IMG/VR virus record: IMGVR_UViG_3300045971_000354
Location: 32,001-96,000 of that record
DNA from: a virus
Strand: one strand, 5' to 3'
DNA: 64,000 nt
The notes beneath the pieces were generated by a model. The model was not told the origin of the DNA and did no database searches. It worked only from the letters and a program-made list of their open reading frames with translations. This document shows positions 54,947-63,916 of this stretch, piece by piece; the first letter of the stretch is position 1, and the number at the start of each line of letters is the position of its first letter. The position numbers and the translations under genes are program-made.

Positions 54947-56026
54947 TTATTCCATTGCTGCAATAATGTACTTGCCGAACTTTTCGTGAAACTCATCAAA
55001 GCTTTTCAGCTTAGAAGCATCGAACGGTAGTCCGTATTGTGTAAGAGCAACTTTGGCTCCCATAACAGTTAGTTCAGTTGGGAAGTTATCCATCATGAAA
55101 CGGAAGAAGCAGTCTGCTTGATCGTTCCAGTCTTTTGCCTTCTTCTCATTTGCGGCTTGCAACTCGTAGCACAGAGAAATAGTTAGCGAATACATTGCAG
55201 AGATCTCACGAACTTGCAGTTTCTTGACCATACCTTTTAGGATATCTTCCGGCTTCGGCATTTGGTTTGCAACCTTACGGTGTGCCATAAACTTAACGGC
55301 AAGACCGTCACCCACTGCGCCTGCGATCAAATCAGTTAGTGTACCTTCGCTTAGGTCTTCGTCTGTTAGCAAATCAGATACAAATGACCAGCTTCGTGGT
55401 GTTGCGAATGCACGGCTTGAAGAACGGGGATCAAAATCGTACAAATCTTGTTTTGCGAAGCCCAAGTAACCGACTACTTGTTCATGGCACTTGTTCAAAA
55501 CAGCCCATTGTTCCCAATCGGCGTGATTAACCTTCAATTCCAGATGCAAGAAACGATTTGCAAGCGGTGCAGGCATACGATATGTAACACCCTTGTCCGA
55601 TTCACGGTTACCGGCAGCAACAATGCTAACACCTTTTGGTAGTACATAAGTGCCAACTCGGCGGTTCAAAATAAGTTGATATGCAGCCGCTTGTGTAGCA
55701 GGTGCAGCAGAGTTAAGTTCGTCCAAGAAAAGCACTGCGGTACTATCTGGATCGGACGGAAGTTCGGTCGGAGAAGCCCACTCCATGCGGCGCGTATCTG
55801 GATTAAAGAATGGGATACCCTTAATATCAGTAGGTTCCCACAGGCTCAAACGCACATCGACGACTTCGCGTCCTGTTTCGTCTGCGATTTGTTTAACAAT
55901 ATCGGACTTTCCAATACCAGGAGCACCCCACAAAAACACAGGACGTCCTACTTTAAAACAAGTACGAATTGCGGCCTTAGCTTCGTTTGGAGTTTGTGTG
56001 CGGTTTGCACTAGTTTGTTCTGCCAT
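54947..56026 (-). CDS. MoxR-like AAA+ ATPase
   Basis: GAPGIGKS Walker A, LFLDE Walker B, AAGN, PLANRF and ATPRSW. Confidence 0.92.
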   Translation of the reverse strand: MAEQTSANRTQTPNEAKAAIRTCFKVGRPVFLWGAPGIGKSDIVKQIADETGREVVDVRLSLWEPTDIKGIPFFNPDTRRMEWASPTELPSDPDSTAVLFLDELNSAAPATQAAAYQLILNRRVGTYVLPKGVSIVAAGNRESDKGVTYRMPAPLANRFLHLELKVNHADWEQWAVLNKCHEQVVGYLGFAKQDLYDFDPRSSSRAFATPRSWSFVSDLLTDEDLSEGTLTDLIAGAVGDGLAVKFMAHRKVANQMPKPEDILKGMVKKLQVREISAMYSLTISLCYELQAANEKKAKDWNDQADCFFRFMMDNFPTELTVMGAKVALTQYGLPFDASKLKSFDEFHEKFGKYIIAAME

Positions 56027-56071
56027 TTACTTCTTCCTTAAAAGTTGATTAACTGCTTACACTATGTATAT

Positions 56072-56100
56072 AGTATAACACAGCCTAACAAGAAAGTCAA
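56072..56100 (-). promoter_or_regulatory. Sigma70-like promoter
   Basis: TTGACT-N17-TATACT with an extended TG, upstream of the ATPase gene. Confidence 0.8.
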
Positions 56101-56492
56101 GCAGCTTCAGCATCGTTTTTTAGCGACATTGCTTTAGCAACGCCAAATTTTTGAACATCTCCGCTAAACAATATCAATTGCACAGCAGTTTTTTCTTTAA
56201 ACACAACAATGGATTTTTTATCAAGGAAATAAGGACCGTCAATGAACCGATCTAGCCAAATCATTACTTGATTTGTGAGGGTAAATTCGTTCGGAAATGC
56301 TATATCGTAGCTCTTCATATCCATATCATCAGTAAAAACTTTGAACCCTGCATCGGTTAGTCGCATACCACCTACGGCCTTTTTTCGAGGATTTATCCAA
56401 AGCACTGCAAGATTTTTTTCAAGTGCTTTTGGATCAGTCGGCCACCCCAATTGCGTACTAACAAGTTGGGTGAGGTGATGCTTTATGTCCAT
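56097..56492 (-). CDS. Hypothetical phage protein
   Basis: 131-aa ORF, TAATG-coupled to the upstream gene. Confidence 0.7.
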   Translation of the reverse strand: MDIKHHLTQLVSTQLGWPTDPKALEKNLAVLWINPRKKAVGGMRLTDAGFKVFTDDMDMKSYDIAFPNEFTLTNQVMIWLDRFIDGPYFLDKKSIVVFKEKTAVQLILFSGDVQKFGVAKAMSLKNDAEAA

Positions 56493-56776
56493 TATTTTAA
56501 TACTTCGCCACTAGTTAGTTTATATACTTCAAAGTCATTACAGCCAAATAGCTTATTAAGTTTTTCTGCAAGATTTATTGCGTGGCCGCTATTTGAAAAT
56601 GACACTTTTTTATACTTTGGACCTACCAGCTGACCTATTAGACTTGTGGTTTTTAAGTTAACGGGCTTACCTTGAAAAAACACAGCCCAAATGGCGTCAG
56701 CTTCCAAAACCTGTTCAGTTTTGTAAGTTTTTTTATTTGTAACTTCGAGTAATACTTTAGGTTTTGGTCGGCTCAC
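56492..56776 (-). CDS. Hypothetical phage protein (MSRPKP...)
   Basis: 94-aa basic ORF. Its GTG start overlaps the endonuclease TGA. Confidence 0.7.
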   Translation of the reverse strand: MSRPKPKVLLEVTNKKTYKTEQVLEADAIWAVFFQGKPVNLKTTSLIGQLVGPKYKKVSFSNSGHAINLAEKLNKLFGCNDFEVYKLTSGEVLK

Positions 56777-57333
56777 GAGATTCCCCTTTTTGAATACCTA
56801 GATTTTTGAGATTCTGATATTTTTCTTTTTGATTCTTCAGACATTTTTCGACCAATTGGCATTAGTTGCAATGCTCTCTTTTGTCGAATTTTTTCTATAG
56901 TTTCTTCAGAATGGGTTTTTCCAGACATTGGATTACTCTGGAGTTTTCTCGCTGCTTTAATTTTTTGTTTAGTTTCTTCAGAATGTTTGCGATTTTTTGA
57001 ATTTTCGCTTAAGATATGTCTACCGTTTTCTGTAATTCCGGTATCACCTCCCATTAACCCGTCTTCTGGTTTTAGGTTTGCGTAATCTTTCGATTCTACA
57101 ATATTATGCTCTTTTGAATATTGCAGTGCAAATTGTGTTAATTCATCTTTATCTGTAAACAGTTTAGACCAAATAGTGGCGATATCACGCCCGTGCTTTT
57201 TAAGGTGACGAGTCCAAACAATGCCAGATCCGAGATATTTTTCCGGATCTTGGATAGTCTTACCGAAGTATTTTAGCCCAGTTATATTATGTTGTTTTAA
57301 ATATAACCATGTAGGTTTAAAAGTTTTTTCCAT
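56773..57333 (-). CDS. GIY-YIG (Seg-like) homing endonuclease with NUMOD3 repeats
   Basis: WLYLKQHNITGLKYFGKT, YLGSG..W, YANLKPE and three HSEETK-type repeats. Confidence 0.85.
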   Translation of the reverse strand: MEKTFKPTWLYLKQHNITGLKYFGKTIQDPEKYLGSGIVWTRHLKKHGRDIATIWSKLFTDKDELTQFALQYSKEHNIVESKDYANLKPEDGLMGGDTGITENGRHILSENSKNRKHSEETKQKIKAARKLQSNPMSGKTHSEETIEKIRQKRALQLMPIGRKMSEESKRKISESQKSRYSKRGIS

Positions 57334-57387
57334 TCTGCGTATTCTCTTATATACGCAGTTATTTATCTTAATTTACCAGATGTGCAC

Positions 57388-57612
57388 TTAGAGTGTACCG
57401 CCATCAAACTTAATAGAGACATCACCGGTTTGTTGCACACTTAACGCAATTGCATCTAATTCACCTGCTAAACGTGTCATTACTACTGCTAAACTTTCTT
57501 CTAGCATAATGATGTCGTTTATAGGCAAATTTAACGTTTTCTGACCGCTTTTTCGTGCAATTCGAGCCTTTTCCAAGAACATTTCGATGGGTATTGTATT
57601 AAGCGGTTGCAT
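57388..57612 (-). CDS. Hypothetical phage protein
   Basis: Start moved to ATG 57612 (MQPLNTIPIE). Confidence 0.6.
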   Translation of the reverse strand: MQPLNTIPIEMFLEKARIARKSGQKTLNLPINDIIMLEESLAVVMTRLAGELDAIALSVQQTGDVSIKFDGGTL

Positions 57613-58093
57613 TGCTGTCCCTTGATACATTGTTTAAAATAGTACGCATTTCTAATTCAGTCTTAAAAGGACCCTTAAAATCGTAGCGTTCCAGTGTAAT
57701 TAGTTTGGGACAGAAGCTTTTAACCCATCCTTTCTTGAAACGGATTACATAGTAACCTGCACAATATAAACTTTTACTTTTGCTGCTCTTTGCATATATC
57801 GGCAAGTGCTTCTTTACATTCCACAACGGTCCGTATGCTTTTCCGTTCATTGGAAAGCCGTAAATATCCTGCGGAAGATCTTTTATCTTAGGTTCTTTCT
57901 TTACAACTGATTGATCAAGTGTAATTCCGAACCGTTCTTTAATCTCTGTAAGATCTCCGACTTCGATTTTTTGTCCACGATATAGAAAGCTATAACCCTT
58001 TTTATCTTTACTAAGAGTTCCGACTTTTTCACCGTCGGTTTCGATAATCCAAAACTTGTTTGGAACTAATACTTTTGCAACTGCTGCGATCAT
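57599..58093 (-). CDS. Hypothetical phage protein
   Basis: 164-aa ORF, ATGA-coupled to RNase H. Confidence 0.7.
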   Translation of the reverse strand: MIAAVAKVLVPNKFWIIETDGEKVGTLSKDKKGYSFLYRGQKIEVGDLTEIKERFGITLDQSVVKKEPKIKDLPQDIYGFPMNGKAYGPLWNVKKHLPIYAKSSKSKSLYCAGYYVIRFKKGWVKSFCPKLITLERYDFKGPFKTELEMRTILNNVSRDSNATA

Positions 58094-59082
58094 GAGTGGT
58101 ACCTTGCGTTTAATGGGTCGGCATAGCTTTGTGCTTGCTCGCTAATTTTTTGTAGATCGTATTGGGCACAAAACTTCATCAGTCTTACACCAACTTGAGC
58201 AACGTTCTTTTGTTTATCAATCTCTGCTTGGACTGTTTCGACCATTAATTTCTTAATATCTTCGGGCTGTGCAGTTAAGTCACATAATACAACGTTCCGT
58301 TGATAGTCGTCTAACACACGATGTTCGGCTCCTTCGTGATCAGTCCATCGCTGTAGCATCATATTATTCCATGCCCAACCTTTCTTATCACGATCTCCAA
58401 ATGCTTCGCGTAGCCCGACTTTGTTCTTACTGCCCTTTTCGCGAACACCTGGATATGCAGAGAAAATATTATCGCTAGTATCTCCGCGCATACACTTTTC
58501 AAATAACAACCATTGAGGATCAGGTTCGGGCTTTAGTAGTCCGGTCTTGCTATCCTTAACACGTTTGCCATTTTCATCGAAGTAACCTTCGTGTGTGGTA
58601 GTAATTTTCGATACACCGTTATATTGCTTAACATTAACTGCGATTAACTGTGCAAAGTCACCGTCTGTGCTGATAATAACATGATCATCTTCCGGATGTG
58701 CTTGAATAAATCCTGCAATAGTATCGTCAGCTTCGAGCTCCGGATTTTGCAAAACAGAGCAATTTGTTTTTTCAATAATAAAGTTTTTAAAATCGTCAAA
58801 CGTTTCCCAAAACAATTTATCTTCTTCTTGTTCTGCTGCGGTATGCTTTGCACGGGCATCGGTACGTTGACGCTTATACGGAGCATACACCTTTTTCCGC
58901 CAGCTTCGCCCTTCTAAGTGAAACACAACGTGATCACCTTTAAACTCTTTCCATGCCTTACGAACACTCATTAAGACAGTGGCAAGGCTCATGCCTACCT
59001 TGTCTTCAAGGGTTCCACGAACGACATGGCGTGCACGAAAAAATGTGTTTGCTGTGTCCACATGGATAAATGTTTTCTTCAT
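58090..59082 (-). CDS. rnh: T4-type RNase H / 5'-3' exonuclease
   Basis: HVDTAN, SWRK....YK..R, LEADDTI, IISTDGDFAQL and GDTSDNI. Confidence 0.9.
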   Translation of the reverse strand: MKKTFIHVDTANTFFRARHVVRGTLEDKVGMSLATVLMSVRKAWKEFKGDHVVFHLEGRSWRKKVYAPYKRQRTDARAKHTAAEQEEDKLFWETFDDFKNFIIEKTNCSVLQNPELEADDTIAGFIQAHPEDDHVIISTDGDFAQLIAVNVKQYNGVSKITTTHEGYFDENGKRVKDSKTGLLKPEPDPQWLLFEKCMRGDTSDNIFSAYPGVREKGSKNKVGLREAFGDRDKKGWAWNNMMLQRWTDHEGAEHRVLDDYQRNVVLCDLTAQPEDIKKLMVETVQAEIDKQKNVAQVGVRLMKFCAQYDLQKISEQAQSYADPLNARYHS

Positions 59083-59456
59083 TAAGAGACCTCTGACTTT
59101 CCGTTGTTTAATTTATTGACATTGATGTAACCACTACCTCGACGATCCATCGGAATACCTTCATCATTTCCAATTTCTTTACAAAGATCTTGAAACCACT
59201 GATCTACAAGTTCTTCGTCAGTGACACCTGTGTAACCATTGTTACGTAACATTAACACAAAGTACTCGTTCCAGTCAAGTTCAAAAAAGCCGTTTCGTGG
59301 ATTCGTCGGATCTACTTTTGTATCTAGAACAGCTACCCAAGGTTCTTTACCTTCAGTTGCTGCCTTCTTAGGGTCGATAACAGGAGACTCACCTGCATAC
59401 TTTGCAGCTTCTTTACTTGCTGTGATGCCTAGGATTTTTTTAATTTTGTTTAACAT
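59082..59456 (-). CDS. Hypothetical phage protein
   Basis: Start re-assigned to ATG 59456 (TAATG overlap). GFFELDWNEYFV core. Confidence 0.7.
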   Translation of the reverse strand: MLNKIKKILGITASKEAAKYAGESPVIDPKKAATEGKEPWVAVLDTKVDPTNPRNGFFELDWNEYFVLMLRNNGYTGVTDEELVDQWFQDLCKEIGNDEGIPMDRRGSGYINVNKLNNGKSEVS

Positions 59457-59719
59457 TATTTTCTGCCATTGAAGTTCCATTTTAGGAACGCTGTTTTTTC
59501 TATATAATAAAATTCGTATATTTTAGCTATATCAGTAGGCAGCGAAGATAATCGTTGCCCTCTATAGCATTTAGTTAGCCACAACTTCTTTCCGGTCAAA
59601 AAACAATTATGCGGGATTGCACAATATTGTAAATGCCAATTGGTAGCATTTTGTAATCCCCAATCTTGACTTGGAGGCGATTGTGTAGTGTCGCCCATTA
59701 AGTTTGCTAACGTGCTCAT
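59456..59719 (-). CDS. Hypothetical protein
   Basis: ORF coupled to neighbours on both sides. Confidence 0.6.
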   Translation of the reverse strand: MSTLANLMGDTTQSPPSQDWGLQNATNWHLQYCAIPHNCFLTGKKLWLTKCYRGQRLSSLPTDIAKIYEFYYIEKTAFLKWNFNGRK

Positions 59720-59919
59720 GTCTTACCCCACTTAATCTTTAGCCATATTCGTTCATGAATATAATAATCTATACTCAACAACATGTGTAAGATTGTTGCA
59801 AATCCAGTAGATTTTCCGATATCGCCTATTAACAAATATGTCCATAATATTGTGAATAACCACGCCGTTAGTCGGTATGTTATCATTCGTACTATGGTTC
59901 TTTTATGTGTCTCTATCAT
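59716..59919 (-). CDS. Small membrane protein (DUF2061-like)
   Basis: ETHKRTIVR.ITYR, two hydrophobic helices and YYIHERIW..IKWG. Confidence 0.7.
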   Translation of the reverse strand: MIETHKRTIVRMITYRLTAWLFTILWTYLLIGDIGKSTGFATILHMLLSIDYYIHERIWLKIKWGKT

Positions 59920-60800
59920 TATGCTAGTGCTGCAAACAAGTGCATCTGAGTTTGCATAATGAGTCCATTTTGCATACAGTACTGCCCAACATACTTGTGA
60001 TTAGCTTCGTTCTTGGCCATATTTAAAAGGCCGGGCTCCCACCAAGAAATTACTTCATCTACAGTACTTCGTTCTGCTATACTGATTGCGCCCTTTTCAG
60101 CACGTAACAGTTTAATCTTTTGAGGGAAGTCGTTGTACACATTCATCGGAGAACAGTAAATATCCTTACCTGTGTTAGCTTTCCATTCCAATGCCCAGTC
60201 AGGGACTGTGTTGTACGGAGTATTGGGATCTGCACTAATAACAAACTTTAAAACATTTGCTCGTTCTAAGATTGTCTTGCCTGGTTTTAGATACCGGGTA
60301 GGAGCTTTACCAAACTCTGCACATTTCGGTGAGCAAACAAGCGTAACACCTTCTGGTACCACTGTGTCGGGAATACCGTTGCTTTCGACTTGAACTGCTT
60401 TGAATACATCGCGTTGCTTATACATAAAATCTGTAATGTTTTCTTGCAACAATGGTTCGCCACCTGTCATTACCAATACAATATTAGGAAATAACCCTGT
60501 ATATGGATTTTGTGGAACTGCCCATTCTGGTGCAGTCTGACCTTTGTTAGTCCAATATGCTTTGATAGTCTCATCCATCTTATCTGCAATCTGATCAAAC
60601 GTCATCCAATCGCCGTCGTCAAAGAATGTGTCGCAGAATGAGCAATCTAAATTGCACTTTGCAAGGCGGATGAATAACGCAGGCATACCGGCATACGGTC
60701 CCTCTCCTTGCAGCGTGAAGAACATTGACGTAACAAATAAACTATCTTTAGGTGCGTCTCGAAAAAACTTCTTTCCGATCACTTCGTTGGTTCCAAAAAT
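59919..60800 (-). CDS. queE: 7-carboxy-7-deazaguanine synthase (radical SAM)
   Basis: F.TLQGEG..AG.PA.FIRL, CNLDCSFCDT, TGGEPLLQ, VESNG, CSPK and QMH. The probable start is ATT 60800; the ORF track uses GTG 60782. Confidence 0.88.
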   Translation of the reverse strand: MFGTNEVIGKKFFRDAPKDSLFVTSMFFTLQGEGPYAGMPALFIRLAKCNLDCSFCDTFFDDGDWMTFDQIADKMDETIKAYWTNKGQTAPEWAVPQNPYTGLFPNIVLVMTGGEPLLQENITDFMYKQRDVFKAVQVESNGIPDTVVPEGVTLVCSPKCAEFGKAPTRYLKPGKTILERANVLKFVISADPNTPYNTVPDWALEWKANTGKDIYCSPMNVYNDFPQKIKLLRAEKGAISIAERSTVDEVISWWEPGLLNMAKNEANHKYVGQYCMQNGLIMQTQMHLFAALA

Positions 60801-60801
60801 T

Positions 60802-61062
60802 TTAATTCTCCTTAATTGTATCGAGCCACATGTGCTCAGTTACTTTGTACATTTCTAGTACATTAATATGCATGACTAACAATTTTTCATTAAGAGACAA
60901 CCAATCTAACATTGCTTGTGCATCCTGCCGACGACTAAACCGCATTGCTTTATTAGCATCTGTACTAAACTCTACCGAGTTAATAGGTCCACCAACAAAC
61001 CATTCAGGGCGTGACGCAGGGTGAGGTAAGTTAAGTTCAATTAGCCAAGCAATTTCATTCAT
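60802..61062 (-). CDS. Hypothetical protein (MNEIAWLIE...)
   Basis: AAGGAG RBS supports ATG 61062. Confidence 0.65.
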   Translation of the reverse strand: MNEIAWLIELNLPHPASRPEWFVGGPINSVEFSTDANKAMRFSRRQDAQAMLDWLSLNEKLLVMHINVLEMYKVTEHMWLDTIKEN

Positions 61063-61063
61063 A

Positions 61064-61354
61064 TTAAATCTCCTTAATTCCAAAGTGTTCTTTAATACAC
61101 TCAGTTGCTTCATATATGCCGTTAACAATGCCGTCTTCGTACATCGCTAATGTTTTATCTTTTGGTTCAGATTCTAAATATTTTGCATGATTTTCACTTA
61201 CGTTAATGCATTCCCGAACAATCAGCTCGGCGAACTTTTCCGCTTGCTCATTTGTGACAAAGTAATCTCTATCTTCAATGAGAGTTCGGGGATTGCCACC
61301 TAGAACATATCGCCACCCTGCTTGCTCAGCAAGTTCTTTAATTCGTTCGTTCAT
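61064..61354 (-). CDS. Small phage protein, MNERIKELA...EKFAELIVREC type
   Basis: ORF with RBS. Paralogous to 61737-62015. Confidence 0.7.
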   Translation of the reverse strand: MNERIKELAEQAGWRYVLGGNPRTLIEDRDYFVTNEQAEKFAELIVRECINVSENHAKYLESEPKDKTLAMYEDGIVNGIYEATECIKEHFGIKEI

Positions 61355-61355
61355 A

Positions 61356-61562
61356 TTATTCCTTAATCAATGTAGCGGACATTACTTTTGATAAACGGCC
61401 TACTGTTACTGTCATTTGATATTGCTGGCCTTTTTCTACTGTGTCAATATCTATTCCTGGCGTATCCTTGTTAAAGGAATATATCCAATCATCGTCTGTC
61501 CTAAGGTGAACTAACTTGAATCCTTCTAAGACTTCAAGCACTGTGCCAATAACTTCTTTCAT
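61356..61562 (-). CDS. Hypothetical protein (OB-fold-like size)
   Basis: 68-aa ORF with a GAGG RBS. Confidence 0.6.
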   Translation of the reverse strand: MKEVIGTVLEVLEGFKLVHLRTDDDWIYSFNKDTPGIDIDTVEKGQQYQMTVTVGRLSKVMSATLIKE

Positions 61563-61735
61563 TTGTCCTCGTACTTCACAAGTTTAACATCAAACTCGTC
61601 GGCAAATGCTTCCGCTAATGCTGCGGTTAATTGTTCGGTTAATTCATCACATCCGGTTGCATTAGTTGCAAGCAACTCTTCCCAGAACTCGTGATTGCCT
61701 TCTGTAATAGTTAACTCGAATGTGTAGCGTTTCAT
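61559..61735 (-). CDS. Hypothetical 58-aa protein (MKRYTFELTITEGNHEFWE...)
   Basis: Manually translated, below the track cut-off. Fills the gap exactly, with an ATGA overlap. Confidence 0.65.
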   Translation of the reverse strand: MKRYTFELTITEGNHEFWEELLATNATGCDELTEQLTAALAEAFADEFDVKLVKYEDK

Positions 61736-61736
61736 A

Positions 61737-62015
61737 TTAGTTAACTGGTTTGAACGAGTCTAGTATGACTGTGTCTGTTCCGAAGCTTTGCCCTGTTGAA
61801 GATAAAATATGATCAACTGCACGTCGAGCACATTCTTTGATAACTAGCTCTGCAAACTTTTCAAACACAATGTCAGGAATAACTAACACGCCTGCATCTC
61901 GTGCTAGCTGAACAATGTTCCCTGCAGTTTTTTGCGAGACAGAAGATGATTGATCTAATGTTGTTAAATATTCTCTGCTTGCTTGGCTTGCAAATTGATT
62001 AAGTAAATCATTCAT
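61737..62015 (-). CDS. Small phage protein with EKFAELVIKEC motif
   Basis: ATGA-coupled ORF. Confidence 0.65.
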   Translation of the reverse strand: MNDLLNQFASQASREYLTTLDQSSSVSQKTAGNIVQLARDAGVLVIPDIVFEKFAELVIKECARRAVDHILSSTGQSFGTDTVILDSFKPVN

Positions 62016-62398
62016 TGTTTATCCTTTTTATAATTACCTTTACCTGGGATAGTGTTTCTAACGCCACCTACAGGATCTTCAACATCACCATTCCTCCGAG
62101 GAATCATATGAATATGCGGCCACATAACAGTTTGTCCAGCAGCTTCGCCGTAATTCATTCCAATGTTAAATCCATCCCATGCTCCACCATCTACTCCGTT
62201 CTTCCCGTGTTCTACTGCATCAGTAAATGCTTCATACAAAATGCTTATAGTGTTATATTTAGGCACAAAGAGCAAGTGGCCTTCTGTACACGGATATTTG
62301 TCTCTGAAAACGATTACATGAAAGTCGTCTCGAATAACATCATCCCACGGTGCTGTTGATTCGCTAATATGGTTTGGACCATTAAAAATTTTATTCAT
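62012..62398 (-). CDS. HIT-family nucleotide hydrolase
   Basis: DKYPCTEGHLLFVPK, GFNIG.N.GEAAGQTV and PHIHMIPR. Confidence 0.9.
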   Translation of the reverse strand: MNKIFNGPNHISESTAPWDDVIRDDFHVIVFRDKYPCTEGHLLFVPKYNTISILYEAFTDAVEHGKNGVDGGAWDGFNIGMNYGEAAGQTVMWPHIHMIPRRNGDVEDPVGGVRNTIPGKGNYKKDKQ

Positions 62399-62754
62399 TT
62401 CTGACTATCTCCTGGAAGTACACGGTAATTGTCTTCGACACTATCCGGTGTGCTAACTTCAATTATAGTGCCTTTTTCAATACAAATCAACTGGTGTGGC
62501 TCTAGCGGCAAGTTACGCCAAACATCACCCTTTGATAAAACTGTTTCTTGCTGCGATGCATCTTTAGTAAGAATACTTACCACTATGAATTTTCCATCAA
62601 GCACATACCATGATTCATCTTTTTCAGCATGAAAATGCATACTGAATTTTGCACCAGCATTAAAATTCATTAGCTTACCACAATACTTGCTGTTAGTTGC
62701 CCAGATAAGTTCTGAACCCCATCCTTTTTCTACGCTTCCTGTGAGTCTTGTCAT
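62395..62754 (-). CDS. Cupin-fold protein (sugar isomerase-like)
   Basis: VEKGWGSE, FSMHFHAEKDESW, PHQL and IEVSTPD..EDNYR. Confidence 0.8.
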   Translation of the reverse strand: MTRLTGSVEKGWGSELIWATNSKYCGKLMNFNAGAKFSMHFHAEKDESWYVLDGKFIVVSILTKDASQQETVLSKGDVWRNLPLEPHQLICIEKGTIIEVSTPDSVEDNYRVLPGDSQK

Positions 62755-63293
62755 TTTAGCCACCAATTACTATATGGAAATTCTACTGATAAATCATCCT
62801 CTACGGTGTTGACCTCAACTCCGGTAAAATCCATTTTTACATTACATTTACTAGCAGTATTATCAACTACTACTGCAAACTTAACATTCTTATTCCATAC
62901 ATCCGCCCATCGAGAATGATTAGGTAAACACCCGCCTTGCCAATCTTCCACAAGCCAATTGAATGTTTCACCTGTTCTGTTAATATCATCAACTACAAGG
63001 ATATTTTTATTCAATTCGGGAAGTGTTCTAACGGTGTTAGTAGGCACTGGAAGTTCGTCACCTTCGTAAGGCAAGTACCCAAATGCATCTTCTGCAACCC
63101 ATAAATTACTCTCATCTTTGTTTAGAATTTGTAGAGGAACATTGAAGTACTGACTAATTAGTAGCGAGGGATATAATCCTCCGCCGTTAATTCCTACTAT
63201 GTAATCAGGCCTCCAACCACTGTTAGTAATCTCTCGGCAAATGCTTGAGATTATACTTTGATATTCTTGATGATTAAGAGTGAGCTTGTTCAT
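62751..63293 (-). CDS. Type I phosphoribosyltransferase
   Basis: PDYIVGINGGG and the PRPP-binding loop ILVVDDINRTGETF. Confidence 0.85.
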   Translation of the reverse strand: MNKLTLNHQEYQSIISSICREITNSGWRPDYIVGINGGGLYPSLLISQYFNVPLQILNKDESNLWVAEDAFGYLPYEGDELPVPTNTVRTLPELNKNILVVDDINRTGETFNWLVEDWQGGCLPNHSRWADVWNKNVKFAVVVDNTASKCNVKMDFTGVEVNTVEDDLSVEFPYSNWWLK

Positions 63294-63747
63294 GTCGATC
63301 CTTTAAATATTTTTCGTGATTGATCCAGTTATTATTGACCAGGAATCCCCAATCTCGTTTATGTGGACCGGGCATAAACAACGTCCAGGCAACAACTCCT
63401 TCTTTTAGTTCAATACGGTGATAACTCTCGGGTTTACAAATACGAAAGTGTCCCGGACCTCGCCAGTGTTGAGTCTCTCCTACTTTTAATCCGTTTGCAA
63501 ATACAGGAGTCCATTCATAGTATCCGCCTTTAAGGATAAATGTAGCATATGGCCACGGATGATCATGCATATCATCTGGATCACCTTTAAGGAACTTATG
63601 TAAGAACACATTAAATGGAAACGCCTTTCGATCTTTAAGGAACAGATAATATCGTTCCAAGTAAGGCTTATTACAGACACGATCCATAATAGTGATCTTT
63701 CGACCTCTTTGATCCATCCAGTTTAAAAATTTGTTAGTAAGTGTCAT
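63274..63747 (-). CDS. Cupin-like hypothetical protein
   Basis: LHKFL..D..D.HDHPW, ILKGGYYE, HRIEL and WTLF. Confidence 0.75.
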   Translation of the reverse strand: MTLTNKFLNWMDQRGRKITIMDRVCNKPYLERYYLFLKDRKAFPFNVFLHKFLKGDPDDMHDHPWPYATFILKGGYYEWTPVFANGLKVGETQHWRGPGHFRICKPESYHRIELKEGVVAWTLFMPGPHKRDWGFLVNNNWINHEKYLKDRHEQAHS

Positions 63748-63916
63748 CTTGTGATTTGCAAAGTTCTAAAGTGTTTTTAAATTGATTCCACGCATTTTCT
63801 AAAGTTGGAAACTTTTTACAAAGCCTTCCGACTTGTAGTGGATCAGTTTTGTATTTGAGATAAATCTCATGTTGATCATCTGTCCAATCATCACTGTCCT
63901 TGTGTACTGTAATCAT
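63734..63916 (-). CDS. Hypothetical protein
   Basis: 60-aa ORF, overlap-coupled. Confidence 0.6.
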   Translation of the reverse strand: MITVHKDSDDWTDDQHEIYLKYKTDPLQVGRLCKKFPTLENAWNQFKNTLELCKSQDDTY

